Shown here piece after piece: positions 36,473 through 45,858 of a stretch of DNA of 45,858 nucleotides. The position numbers and the translations under genes are program-made. This DNA comes from Bacteroidia bacterium (GTDB lineage Bacteria > Bacteroidota > Bacteroidia > UBA4408): NCBI GenBank assembly GCA_044238735.1, contig JBIICS010000004.1:1-45858 (forward strand), in the 5' to 3' direction. Under the pieces are notes generated by a model. The model searched no databases. It saw only the letters and a program-made list of their open reading frames with translations, and had not been told where the DNA came from. Numbering within the stretch: position 1 is the first letter of the stretch; each line of letters opens with the position of its first letter.

Positions 36473-39400
36473 TTGTTGCTTCGTTATATATTTATACCAC
36501 TTTTATTCTTCATCATAGCTACTAAAATTAGTTTTAGCCAGCGCTTAAATCTCACTTATTTCTCCGAAAAACAAGGTCTGCCTATTGCACAAATTTCTTG
36601 CGTTCACGAAGATAAATATGGCTTTATTTGGACCGGAACCATGGGAAGTGGATTGGCTCGCTATAAAGGTGAAAAGTTTGAAACATTCAATATAAATAAC
36701 GGTTTGCCCTTTGGTGATATTATTACTTTAAATTCATCTCCAAAAGACAGTGCACTTTGGATTGGCACAAACGGCAGTGGCATTATCAAATATCACAAAG
36801 GAAAATTCTCTCTTATCAATAAAGGATTAAACGGTAAACTCATTTATTCCATTTATTTTACCCAAAACAACCAGGTATTGATAGGTACAAAAGATGACGG
36901 ATTGTATTATGGTACTGAAAATAATTACAAAAAAATAAATCATTTTAACTCACATTCGATCTATGCCATATCAGAATTAAATAATAATTTATACATAGCT
37001 ACCAGCAAAGGCGCATATGTTTGCGACCTAAACTTTTCTAACGTAAAGAAAATTGAATTGCCGATAAAAGGCCCTCTCTTTTCCATATTTATTGATAAGC
37101 AAAAAACGATATGGTTTGGTTCATCTAATGGCGAGATCATCAACCTAAATAAAGATATAATAACACTCATTACACATCCCGATATAAACGAAACAATTAT
37201 TGGAGGTTTTACTCAAGATAGAAGCGGAACAATATGGGCTGTTTGTGATGCCGGTCTTTTAAAAATCCAAAATCTTAAACTCAAAATATTAAACTCGGAA
37301 AACGGTATATTAGACCCCACTTTGTATTGCATAACTTCAGATCGCGACGATCATATTTGGATTGGGAGTGACCTTAAAGGCCTGGCTGAATTTTCTAATA
37401 ATGGAATAGTTTCTTTTTATCGCGATGACTATTTAACTGATAACACAGCAAGCTCCAGTTTATATGTTAATCAAAATAAAATTTGGCTTGGTAATAACAC
37501 AGACGGTATACTAGAGATTAACAACAACGAAGAATTAAATTCTATTAAACAAATTTTATCCAAAGAAAGAATCATTCAGATATGCAAACTAAACGATTTA
37601 CTTTTAGTTACAACTGAAAACTCGGAATTAATTACAATTGAGGGCGAAAAAATATCCCGCATCAAATTAGTAGATGGTGAAAATAACTACATAATATCAC
37701 AAATTTCGTCTGCCTCATCTTCCAAACTAATTGGTGTTTCCTATGGTCATGGTATTTGCGAAATAGATTTAAAATATAAAACCTGTAAATCAATTAGCAT
37801 TGATAATATTGACAATAGCCTAATGAGTATTGAAAAACTCAATAACACTTATTACTTGGCTTCTTACCAAATGGGATTATTTAAATGGAACGGAAACAGT
37901 TCTAAAGCAAGTGAGATTTCATTTAACCAGAAACAAAGCATAAAAAGCATCTTCTGCTTGGCAAACTCTAATAACTGCATTCTTGCCGGAACTTTAGATT
38001 TAGGCATATTTATTATTAAAGATGATAAAATAATTTCTAACATAAGCATCAAAAACGGCTTGCCTTCAAACGAAATTAAATCAATTAAAGCTATTGGTAA
38101 AAATAAAATTGTTGTTGGAACATCCAAAGGCATATCCTTACTAAATTTCGAAAACAATATCTTTAAAGTGGTAAAAAATTATGGTTCAATGGATGGAATT
38201 GATATTGAAAATCTGTTACCCGACATTTTATATTGCGATGAACAAAAAAACAAAGTATACGTTGGACTAAAACACGGTTTTCAGCAGATAGACATTACAA
38301 AGGAGTACAACCCTGATTTACCTCTTTTTTCAATTTCAAAAATCCACATAAACAATCAAGACAGTTCCATCATTGAAAAAGATATTTTCTTTTTTGAAAA
38401 AAACAGTAGCATTATTTTACCCTATAGCAAGAATAATCTTAAGATAACATTTGAAGCACACTCTCCTCTCGAAAAATTAGAATACACTTTCCTGCTCGAG
38501 AACTTTGATGAAAACTGGACAGACTGGTCAACTTCAGGTGAGTTCATTAATAACAATATACCCCCCGGAGAATATATACTTAAAGCAAAATCGCGAATTA
38601 TTAATTCGGAAATCGAATCTAAAACACAATACATTAAAATACTAATTTCTCCACCTTTTTATAGGACCTGGTGGTTTATATCGTTATGTGTAATTTTTGG
38701 TGCGATTAGCATATACCTTTTCATACAATACAGAACTCAAAAACTAATTAAAGAAAAGGAAATACTGGAAGCAAAAGTTGAGGAGCGTACGCATGAATTA
38801 AAAGAATCTAACTTAAAATTAGAACATGCCTATACAGACATTAAAGACAGTATAAACTATGCTGAAAAAATCCAAAGGGCTATATTACCAATGGATGATT
38901 TAATTAAAAAATATTTACCAGATTCCTTTGTTTTATTTCAACCAAGAGATATAGTAAGCGGCGATTTTTATTGGTTTGGAACCATTAATGTAGATGAAGA
39001 TTACGAAAAGGACTATATCCTTTTTGCAACAGCCGATTGCACCGGCCATGGTGTTCCGGGAGCATTTATGAGTATGGTAGGTAATACTATTCTTAATGAA
39101 ATTGTTTTAACAAACAAGGTTTTTAAGCCCGGCGAAATTTTACATCAATTGCATTTAGGAGTAAAGAAAGCATTAAAACAAAACGAAAACCAATCGCGCG
39201 ACGGCATGGATATCGCCTTATGCTGTATCGATATTAGAAACAATAAATTATTGTATGCTGGAGCTAATCGGCCATTATGGCTTATTGATGCAAACGGTTT
39301 AACCGAAATGAAAGCAACAAAAAGTGCAATTGGAGGTTTTACAGACGATTCGACTGTTTTTCAGGAACACGAGATAACTTTAACCCCTGATATGCAGTTT

Positions 39401-39607
39401 TATACATTTAGCGACGGATACCCCGATCAATTTGGCGGACCGGAAGGTAAAAAATTTATGACCAAACGATTAAAAGACTTAATTGTTGCAAAGAAAGACA
39501 TTTCATTTAAAGAAAAGAAAGAATTCTTTACAACTACCATAAACGAATGGATGGGTAAAGAACACGAACAAATAGACGATATACTTTTAGTTGGATTTAA
39601 AGTGTAG
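36473..39607 (+). CDS. Membrane sensor phosphatase: Reg_prop beta-propellers, Y_Y_Y, TM, SpoIIE/PP2C
   Basis: EDKYGFIWTGT-type repeats, NIPPGEYIL, PPFYRTWWF, ADCTGHGVPGAFMS, SDGYPDQFGG, QIDDILL. TTG start uncertain. Confidence 0.92.
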   Translation: MLLRYIFIPLLFFIIATKISFSQRLNLTYFSEKQGLPIAQISCVHEDKYGFIWTGTMGSGLARYKGEKFETFNINNGLPFGDIITLNSSPKDSALWIGTNGSGIIKYHKGKFSLINKGLNGKLIYSIYFTQNNQVLIGTKDDGLYYGTENNYKKINHFNSHSIYAISELNNNLYIATSKGAYVCDLNFSNVKKIELPIKGPLFSIFIDKQKTIWFGSSNGEIINLNKDIITLITHPDINETIIGGFTQDRSGTIWAVCDAGLLKIQNLKLKILNSENGILDPTLYCITSDRDDHIWIGSDLKGLAEFSNNGIVSFYRDDYLTDNTASSSLYVNQNKIWLGNNTDGILEINNNEELNSIKQILSKERIIQICKLNDLLLVTTENSELITIEGEKISRIKLVDGENNYIISQISSASSSKLIGVSYGHGICEIDLKYKTCKSISIDNIDNSLMSIEKLNNTYYLASYQMGLFKWNGNSSKASEISFNQKQSIKSIFCLANSNNCILAGTLDLGIFIIKDDKIISNISIKNGLPSNEIKSIKAIGKNKIVVGTSKGISLLNFENNIFKVVKNYGSMDGIDIENLLPDILYCDEQKNKVYVGLKHGFQQIDITKEYNPDLPLFSISKIHINNQDSSIIEKDIFFFEKNSSIILPYSKNNLKITFEAHSPLEKLEYTFLLENFDENWTDWSTSGEFINNNIPPGEYILKAKSRIINSEIESKTQYIKILISPPFYRTWWFISLCVIFGAISIYLFIQYRTQKLIKEKEILEAKVEERTHELKESNLKLEHAYTDIKDSINYAEKIQRAILPMDDLIKKYLPDSFVLFQPRDIVSGDFYWFGTINVDEDYEKDYILFATADCTGHGVPGAFMSMVGNTILNEIVLTNKVFKPGEILHQLHLGVKKALKQNENQSRDGMDIALCCIDIRNNKLLYAGANRPLWLIDANGLTEMKATKSAIGGFTDDSTVFQEHEITLTPDMQFYTFSDGYPDQFGGPEGKKFMTKRLKDLIVAKKDISFKEKKEFFTTTINEWMGKEHEQIDDILLVGFKV

Positions 39608-39634
39608 AAGTAATATACATCAGTCCAATTAGCC

Positions 39635-40708
39635 TCACATCCATTTCTTCTTTCTGAAATAAATTAACATTCCAATAAATAATATACCCATAAATATAAG
39701 CACCAGAGGATAACCCAGCTTATAATCTAGTTCGGGCATAAATTTAAAATTCATTCCATATATACCTACGATAAAAGTTAGCGGAATAAACAACGAAGAG
39801 ATTATAGTAAGCACTTTCATCACCTCATTCATTTTATTTGAGTTTGTACTTAAATATATTTCAGTTAACTCAGCTAATAGTTCACGCTGAGCTTCTATTG
39901 TTTCAATAATTCTAACGGTATGATCGTATACATCACGCAGGTATAAATTAGTGTTTTCAGCCATTAAAGGGTGATCAATGCGCTGCATGGAGGCAATTAA
40001 TTCGCGTAAAGGCCAAATAGACTTACGTAAATAAATCATTTCTCTTTTGGTCTGGTGGATCTTTTTAATTACAGATTTATCAAAATTCTCATCAATAATT
40101 ATATCCTCCAAACTTTCAATATATACTCCAATCTTTTCTATAATTGAAAAATAGGTATCCACAATTGTATCTAACAAAGCATATGCTAAATAGTCTGCCC
40201 CGCTCCTTCTTACTCTTCCACTTTTATTTCTGATACGTTCTCGTATAGGATCAAAACCATCTTGTTTATCGGCTTCCTGAAAGGTGAGTACAACATTATT
40301 TAATAGAATTATACTTAACTGTTCGCTTGTAACACAAGAATTGTAATAAATTTTTCTAACAATAGTAAGCGTATAATTAGCATAATCTTCAAACTTTGCA
40401 CGCTGGTCATTGTTAATTATATCTTCGAGTGTTAAAGGATGTATATTAAATAATTTACCTACTTCCTCAATTACTTTTAAATCATGAATCCCATCTATAT
40501 CAATCCATTTAATAGTAGATCTGGATAAAGCATCCTTACAATCATTAATATTTTCAAGTTTGGTTTCTATATAATGTTGGTCATCAAACTCAAACATGGT
40601 AATATGGGCATTCGATTCTGATGGCTCACCAACCGCATGAAGACTTCCGGGCGGAAGACCACTCTTTATAACACGCTGTCTTTTAACCAAACGACTTTTA
40701 TTCGTCAT
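39635..40708 (-). CDS. corA: Magnesium/cobalt transporter CorA
   Basis: IHPLTLEDI, MNEVMKVLT, YGMNF. Confidence 0.97.
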   Translation of the reverse strand: MTNKSRLVKRQRVIKSGLPPGSLHAVGEPSESNAHITMFEFDDQHYIETKLENINDCKDALSRSTIKWIDIDGIHDLKVIEEVGKLFNIHPLTLEDIINNDQRAKFEDYANYTLTIVRKIYYNSCVTSEQLSIILLNNVVLTFQEADKQDGFDPIRERIRNKSGRVRRSGADYLAYALLDTIVDTYFSIIEKIGVYIESLEDIIIDENFDKSVIKKIHQTKREMIYLRKSIWPLRELIASMQRIDHPLMAENTNLYLRDVYDHTVRIIETIEAQRELLAELTEIYLSTNSNKMNEVMKVLTIISSLFIPLTFIVGIYGMNFKFMPELDYKLGYPLVLIFMGILFIGMLIYFRKKKWM

Positions 40709-41393
40709 TACTTATATCCTTTTTAGAAACACCCTTCAAAACAACAACAAATTCGCCTCTGGGTTCTGAGTGATCAAAATGATTCTTAATTTGTTGCAAA
40801 TTTCCCCTCACATGCTCTTCAAATTTTTTACTTAACTCTCTTACAATGCATATTTCTCTATCGGCACCGAGTACTTCTATTAACTGTAAAATTGTTTTCT
40901 GAAGCTTATGAGGAGATTCGTAAAATACTATCGTTTTTGGTTCGTTTAACCAAGCAGTTATTCTGGAGTTTCTACCTTTTTTGGGAGGCAAAAATCCTTC
41001 AAAAACAAAACGATCGGTTGGGAAACCCGAAACTACTAGTGCCGGAATTAACGCTGTAGGTCCTGGTAAACATTCTAACGGAATATTTTCTTTTATGCAA
41101 GCATCTACCAGCAAATATCCAGGATCAGATATAGCCGGAGTTCCAGCATCGCTTATAAGCACAACGTTATTACTTTGTTTTATTCTTTCAACTAAACTAA
41201 GGAGTATTTTATGTTCGTTATGAATATGGAACGAAACTAAACTTTTCTGAATATTAAGATGCCTTAATAAATTTCCCGATGTTCGGGTATCCTCGGCAAT
41301 TACAAAGTCACACTCGTTTAAAACAGAAATGGCTCTTAGTGTAATATCTTCCAGATTACCAATAGGCGTAGGTACTACAATAAGTTTTGGCAT
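40698..41393 (-). CDS. rsmI: 16S rRNA C1402 2'-O-methyltransferase
   Basis: PTPIGNLEDITLRA, AEDTR, SDAGTPAISDPG, FYESPH, RELSK. Confidence 0.97.
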   Translation of the reverse strand: MPKLIVVPTPIGNLEDITLRAISVLNECDFVIAEDTRTSGNLLRHLNIQKSLVSFHIHNEHKILLSLVERIKQSNNVVLISDAGTPAISDPGYLLVDACIKENIPLECLPGPTALIPALVVSGFPTDRFVFEGFLPPKKGRNSRITAWLNEPKTIVFYESPHKLQKTILQLIEVLGADREICIVRELSKKFEEHVRGNLQQIKNHFDHSEPRGEFVVVLKGVSKKDISNDE

Positions 41394-41398
41394 TTAAA

Positions 41399-41794
41399 TT
41401 AGTTGAAACCGTTTCTCAATTTTAAAGACATTTCGGCCAGTTTATCCTGACTCGGATTTAATTTTGGTCGAGAAAAATTCATATCATCCATAGTATTTAT
41501 TGGAATTAAATGAATATGTGCGTGAGGAACTTCCAAACCAATTACTGCAACTCCTACACGCTTACAAGCACAAACTTTTTTGATAACTTCTGAAACCCTC
41601 TTTGCCGTCTCCATTAATTTTAAATAATCTGGTGTTTCAATATCAAATAAATAATCGGTTTCCTTTTTTGGAATTAAAAGGGTATGACCCATGGTTAAGG
41701 GTGAAATATCTAAAAATGCCAGAAACTCTTCATCCTCATAAACTTTATGAGAAGGGATCTCACCACTTACAATTCTTGAGAAAACACTTGGCAT
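41399..41794 (-). CDS. HIT family nucleotide hydrolase
   Basis: GHTLLIPK, VPHAHIHLIP. Confidence 0.95.
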   Translation of the reverse strand: MPSVFSRIVSGEIPSHKVYEDEEFLAFLDISPLTMGHTLLIPKKETDYLFDIETPDYLKLMETAKRVSEVIKKVCACKRVGVAVIGLEVPHAHIHLIPINTMDDMNFSRPKLNPSQDKLAEMSLKLRNGFN

Positions 41795-42267
41795 TATCTA
41801 GAAATTTCCAGGATTTCAAATTTCATTTTGCCAGATGGAACTGCTATTTCCGTTACATCTCCAACTTTTCTACCCAACAAGCCTTTACCTATGGGGCTAT
41901 CCACCGAAATTTTTCCTGCCTTTAAATCGGCTTCGGTTTCCGCTACTAAGGTATAAGCCATTTGCATATTATTAGCTGTATTCTTAATTTTTACCTTACA
42001 AAGAATAGAAACTTTTGAAGTATCTAATTGGCTCTCATCTATAATACGAGCATTAGCAAGTAAATCCTCCATTTTAGAGATTTTTAATTCCAACAATCCC
42101 TGAGCTTCTTTTGCAGCATCATATTCTGCGTTTTCACTCAAATCACCCTTATCCCTGGCTTCTGCAATTTGTTGAGAAATTTTTGGTCTTTCCACCGACT
42201 TTAAATGTTGTAGCTCTTCTCTTAATTTCTTTAAACCTTCTTCGGTAAAATAGTTAACCTGACTCAT
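41794..42267 (-). CDS. greA: Transcription elongation factor GreA
   Basis: [30 protein letters not shown]. Confidence 0.98.
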   Translation of the reverse strand: MSQVNYFTEEGLKKLREELQHLKSVERPKISQQIAEARDKGDLSENAEYDAAKEAQGLLELKISKMEDLLANARIIDESQLDTSKVSILCKVKIKNTANNMQMAYTLVAETEADLKAGKISVDSPIGKGLLGRKVGDVTEIAVPSGKMKFEILEISR

Positions 42268-42291
42268 GATTTATTAATTTACGTTCACTCC

Positions 42292-42330
42292 TAAAAATAA
42301 AGAATCCCGACTGCGTGTCGGGACTCTTTA
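42292..42330 (-). terminator. Terminator-like hairpin between the PorV-family gene and greA
   Basis: Minus strand AAAGAGTCCCGAC-ACGCA-GTCGGGATTCTTT followed by ATTTTT. Confidence 0.75.
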
Positions 42331-42338
42331 CAAATATA
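42331..42338 (-). promoter_or_regulatory. Bacteroidota -7 element upstream of greA
   Basis: TATATTTG on the minus strand, immediately 5' of the hairpin. Confidence 0.5.
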
Positions 42339-42353
42339 AAAAAATAGTATTAA

Positions 42354-43415
42354 TTAAAGTGCTAAACGCACGCCAATACTGTGCACACCATTTAAAGGGT
42401 TGGTAACTCTGTAAGAATAATCAATTCCAAAAGTAGTTCCTGTTTTAGTAATAGGTCTTTCTAAAGTAAAACCAGCTGTTGGACCAGTATAAAGTGTTGT
42501 TCTGGTATCAGCATTATTAATTCCATCTTCAAAAGCGTAACCACCTCTTACCATAAAAAAGTCGGTAAAGCCATATTCAACCCCAAAATTAAATTGATTT
42601 TTACCATATGAATTAGAGATGAAGTTTCCGGCAGCCGTTACTCTGTGCTTATCTCCAAAAAGGAAGTCATAAGCACCCGAAATACTCAACAAAGCGGGAA
42701 GTTCTATTAGGGAGCTTCTTTGTTCTACATTTGTCATTTGACCATTAGTAGGACTTGCCCTTTTGGTAGACAATCCACTGCCGGAGTATTTCATAGCCGG
42801 ACCTACGTTTTTTAAAGCAATTCCAAAATGCACATTATTTCTCTCTTCGTTATTACCCGTTAAATACTGAATACCTGCATCAATTGCAATACCTCTAGCA
42901 CTTAAACTTGGGATAGTTTGAGAAATAGCTTTAATATTAATACCTCCAAAAATACTATTGGAAAATTCCTTAGCATAAGATAAATTAATATTATTGAACG
43001 AGGCTCCGTATTTACCAATTCCACCTTCCGGATTATCTACTGTAGTAATATCAATCTGCCCGAAATTAAGTGAGTTTACAGCAAGTGCCATAACACCACC
43101 TTTTCCTACTTTTTGTGAGAACCCGAATGCGTTATATTTAATCCCTGCACTAGCTAAGATGGTAGTATTAGAAAACAAAAGCTCTGTTTTTTTAGTAAAT
43201 GCCAAACCTGCAACATTAAGAAACTGACTTTCAAGGCCTCTTACTGAAGAAGCATTTGCATTAGCAAAACCTGTGCTTCTGGCCCACGGATTAAGCAATA
43301 GTTCATTAGCGCCCGCTTGAGCTACACGATCCTTATTACCAGCAAATGATACATAAGTTAATCCACCAGATAAAACTAATGAAAGAGCTAGAAATTTATT
43401 TAAGTTAATTTTCAT
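42354..43415 (-). CDS. PorV/PorQ-family outer-membrane beta-barrel
   Basis: ARSTGFANA...FLNVAGLA plug motif, GIALKNVG, FMVRGGY, IDYSY, terminal strand HSIGVRLAL. Confidence 0.85.
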   Translation of the reverse strand: MKINLNKFLALSLVLSGGLTYVSFAGNKDRVAQAGANELLLNPWARSTGFANANASSVRGLESQFLNVAGLAFTKKTELLFSNTTILASAGIKYNAFGFSQKVGKGGVMALAVNSLNFGQIDITTVDNPEGGIGKYGASFNNINLSYAKEFSNSIFGGINIKAISQTIPSLSARGIAIDAGIQYLTGNNEERNNVHFGIALKNVGPAMKYSGSGLSTKRASPTNGQMTNVEQRSSLIELPALLSISGAYDFLFGDKHRVTAAGNFISNSYGKNQFNFGVEYGFTDFFMVRGGYAFEDGINNADTRTTLYTGPTAGFTLERPITKTGTTFGIDYSYRVTNPLNGVHSIGVRLAL

Positions 43416-43436
43416 AGTATAAGAAAATTCAAATTA

Positions 43437-45858
43437 TTAAAATTGGTCTAAGTCGATTGGGCGTAAAACACCAAACCATTTTAAAACTTTTTCACCTATT
43501 CCGTCGGCTTGAATGTGAATTAAGTACATTCCACTGGCTACGTTAATACCCGCATAATTTTTCAGATCCCAATCAAGAAATGTAATGTCATCATCTTTTT
43601 TATATTTTCTAACCAATACACCGTTTGGAGTATAAATTGAAACTACACATTTCTTTGGAAGGTATGTAATACGAACTCTGTTATCAACTTGAGAACGAAT
43701 ACCTCTATCAACGCCCTCATACTCAGAAAAAGCATAGTAAGGGTTAGGAACTACATTCACCATTTGTAAAGCAGTTTTAGCAGCCGCCTCATTATTGGTT
43801 ATTGTAGCAATATCCTTAGTACTGAATTCGTATTCATTTAAATCGGTTGATTTCGGATAAGGGGCATATGCACTAGGTACTCTAATTTTGATGTGAACAT
43901 CACTTGATAATAATTCTTGTCCTTCTGCTAACAAAGGAATATTAACCCACATGGCGCTCTTAAACACATTTCCCAATTTAAAACCTTTCTGTGTGTTACT
44001 AGTTCCAGGTATTGACCAATTAGAACCATATCGAATATTATCAACAATAGACCATCCTGCATCATAAGCGCCAATCTTTGTTGAATTAGGCATTGGAGGA
44101 ACGTCAGTATTGTAAATATATATTACATGTTTACCTCCGTTAATTAAGTTGCCCGAATTGTCAATCCAAGTTGAAGTTGGATTCCATTTCATATCTGCAC
44201 CGTTTTGTCCAATTAAGCGAGAGTCCTCTCCAAAAGCAATGTTTAAACGTTCTCCCGAAATTGGATCAACCGCATAACCAGGGAACCAACCCATACCAGA
44301 ACCAGAGATATAATTTGGATTATTCGGATCGGAACTAGAAACAGTATCATTAGCTACATTACCATTTTTATCAACTGAATTATGACGTCGAAGTAAAAAC
44401 TTTCTCCCTCCGTTTTCATTTAAAGCATTATCCTCTCCCATTTCAAAAATTGGGGAACGGGTCCATTTGCTTTTATCGGAAGTAATAATCAAATCAAAAC
44501 TTCTAATTAACTTGTAATCGAATGAGCCTCTATTACATAAATTAGTTGCATCGCTAGCCGAAACAGCTGCAATAGGAGAGTGAGGCATAACTGTACCCTC
44601 ATAATAGTAATTCCTACTATTAAAAGTTAACCTTCCACTGCCTCCTAAATAAGCCGGAGCCCAAGTTCCTCCTAGTATTTTTTCAAAAAACTGATCATTG
44701 TCTTTATCACAGAAATCTGAAGACTCTGATGGACAAGAAGGATTTGACTCACAACCTTGAGTACCCGATCTAATCCAGTTTAATGTTGAGCAACCATCAA
44801 TATCAACCACTCCAGTTAACCATCTTTTTTTATCGTCTTTATAAATAACCTCTGAACCAATAAAATCAGTTTCAAGAGCATTACCAGACGCAAAAGGTCC
44901 ACCACTTTGAAGTATTTTAACTGATAGACCCAATTCCGGGATCAATTGTTCATAATCCACACTGATTGAAGTATCGCTTGTTGCTATTAATGAATTATCT
45001 GCCTTTTTACGAATCTCCCATTTAGAATCCTTAAATAACGCCGTCCCACCATTGATAAATTTCAAGGTATACTCATCTGAGGGAACATTTAAAGGATCTA
45101 TTACTTTAATTTCAATTGGACTTTTTCCAGACTTGTATTCCAAGACATCTGTAGAATCGTTAGACATAGATTCTAGCGTTTCATCGGTAAGATCAACAAA
45201 GTTAGATCCCGCACCTTTACCCTTTATTCTTTTAACTGATAGACCTTGACCATAATACGCAGTAGCAATTGTTCCACCATTTTCTAACATGGGTGTATGA
45301 GGAATGGCAATTTTCTTAATAATATTTAAACGGCCAGGTAAAAATTCAATTTTTTGACCATCACGGGCCGGATCATTGGTAGGGATACCCAAAGCATCAT
45401 AAGTTACATCCGCATCCTGTTTATACTTTTTAAAAGAATTATAACCATAAGCAACCGCTACAAAATAATATTTTTTATGATTAACTAATTTTGAAGAACC
45501 GATTGCAAACTTGTCTTCGGTAATTTTAAATGAATGTTTGATTCCATCATCCATTTTAAAACCTTCCACTTCTTTAACCATAACTTTACCAAAATTGGCA
45601 TTAATTGCGGGATCGAAAGAAAAATTAACCAGTTCTGCAACACCATCCTTAAGGTCACATTGGAAAACAGGTATCGCCTTAGTTTCATCATATAAATCGT
45701 TTACCGAAACTTCCTCACTCTTTAGCTGGTAAACGATATATCCTTGAAAATCATAAGTCTTGTCGTAAGTATAAGTAGCTCCAGCTGGAGTACTAGGAAT
45801 ACGTGGATCAATTTCCCTGTAAGTTTCTTTATAATTATTTGAAGCAGGTTTATTATCA
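43437..45858 (-). CDS. Large T9SS C-terminal-target protein, 5'-partial
   Basis: Frame stays open from 45581 to the window end (...YDFQGYIVYQLK...FQCDLKDG...), so the tracked start is internal; CTD NVVPNPYY...WDLKN...ASGMYLIHI...KVLKW. Confidence 0.88.
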   Translation of the reverse strand, partial: DNKPASNNYKETYREIDPRIPSTPAGATYTYDKTYDFQGYIVYQLKSEEVSVNDLYDETKAIPVFQCDLKDGVAELVNFSFDPAINANFGKVMVKEVEGFKMDDGIKHSFKITEDKFAIGSSKLVNHKKYYFVAVAYGYNSFKKYKQDADVTYDALGIPTNDPARDGQKIEFLPGRLNIIKKIAIPHTPMLENGGTIATAYYGQGLSVKRIKGKGAGSNFVDLTDETLESMSNDSTDVLEYKSGKSPIEIKVIDPLNVPSDEYTLKFINGGTALFKDSKWEIRKKADNSLIATSDTSISVDYEQLIPELGLSVKILQSGGPFASGNALETDFIGSEVIYKDDKKRWLTGVVDIDGCSTLNWIRSGTQGCESNPSCPSESSDFCDKDNDQFFEKILGGTWAPAYLGGSGRLTFNSRNYYYEGTVMPHSPIAAVSASDATNLCNRGSFDYKLIRSFDLIITSDKSKWTRSPIFEMGEDNALNENGGRKFLLRRHNSVDKNGNVANDTVSSSDPNNPNYISGSGMGWFPGYAVDPISGERLNIAFGEDSRLIGQNGADMKWNPTSTWIDNSGNLINGGKHVIYIYNTDVPPMPNSTKIGAYDAGWSIVDNIRYGSNWSIPGTSNTQKGFKLGNVFKSAMWVNIPLLAEGQELLSSDVHIKIRVPSAYAPYPKSTDLNEYEFSTKDIATITNNEAAAKTALQMVNVVPNPYYAFSEYEGVDRGIRSQVDNRVRITYLPKKCVVSIYTPNGVLVRKYKKDDDITFLDWDLKNYAGINVASGMYLIHIQADGIGEKVLKWFGVLRPIDLDQF

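Noticed and set aside
36473-39607. Propeller-Y_Y_Y sensor fused to PP2C instead of a kinase
   Set aside because: A recognised architecture that is common in aquatic Bacteroidota; nothing links it to the upstream operon, which ends in a terminator.
45579-45581. ATG start of the 714-aa ORF
   Set aside because: The frame remains open to the window end and no signal peptide follows this Met.
4107-45732. Remaining short ORFs of 63-107 aa nested in or antisense to long genes
   Set aside because: No motifs or independent expression signals; consistent with shadow frames.

Overview
AT-rich bacterial chromosome segment from a Bacteroidota (Bacteroidetes) organism, judged from porX, fused lpxC-fabZ, T9SS cargo CTDs, a PorV-family gene and TAnnTTTG promoter elements. 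Most of 7-30 kb and 39.6-42.3 kb is housekeeping (ABC-F, porX, HD hydrolase, lpxD-lpxC/fabZ-lpxA, uvrD, dNK, GH3, acpH, EVE, holA, amn, gpmI, corA, rsmI, HIT, greA). Two accessory blocks stand out. (1) 1-4534: a minus-strand cluster of two modular TerB-like proteins that share a duplicated 110-aa domain (one is a >562-aa ORF missed by the ORF track), a small membrane protein and a divergent Ogg2-like HhH DNA glycosylase; candidate undescribed defence or stress locus. (2) 31890-36388: an operon with a secreted beta-helix protein lacking a T9SS CTD, a T9SS cargo whose N-terminus carries three apparently incomplete Ig modules, and a GldN-like lipoprotein. The C-terminal tail of the beta-helix protein looks like the two Ig strands the partner's modules lack, suggesting a natural split-Ig tag/catcher scaffold. 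Also seen: a histidine kinase with a probable premature TGA, four short tandem arrays in one spacer, a degenerate REP-like hairpin, a small Sm-fold-like protein and a possible greA leader terminator. No rRNA, tRNA, CRISPR array, transposase or integrase was recognised. All family assignments are by eye from motifs; no searches were run.
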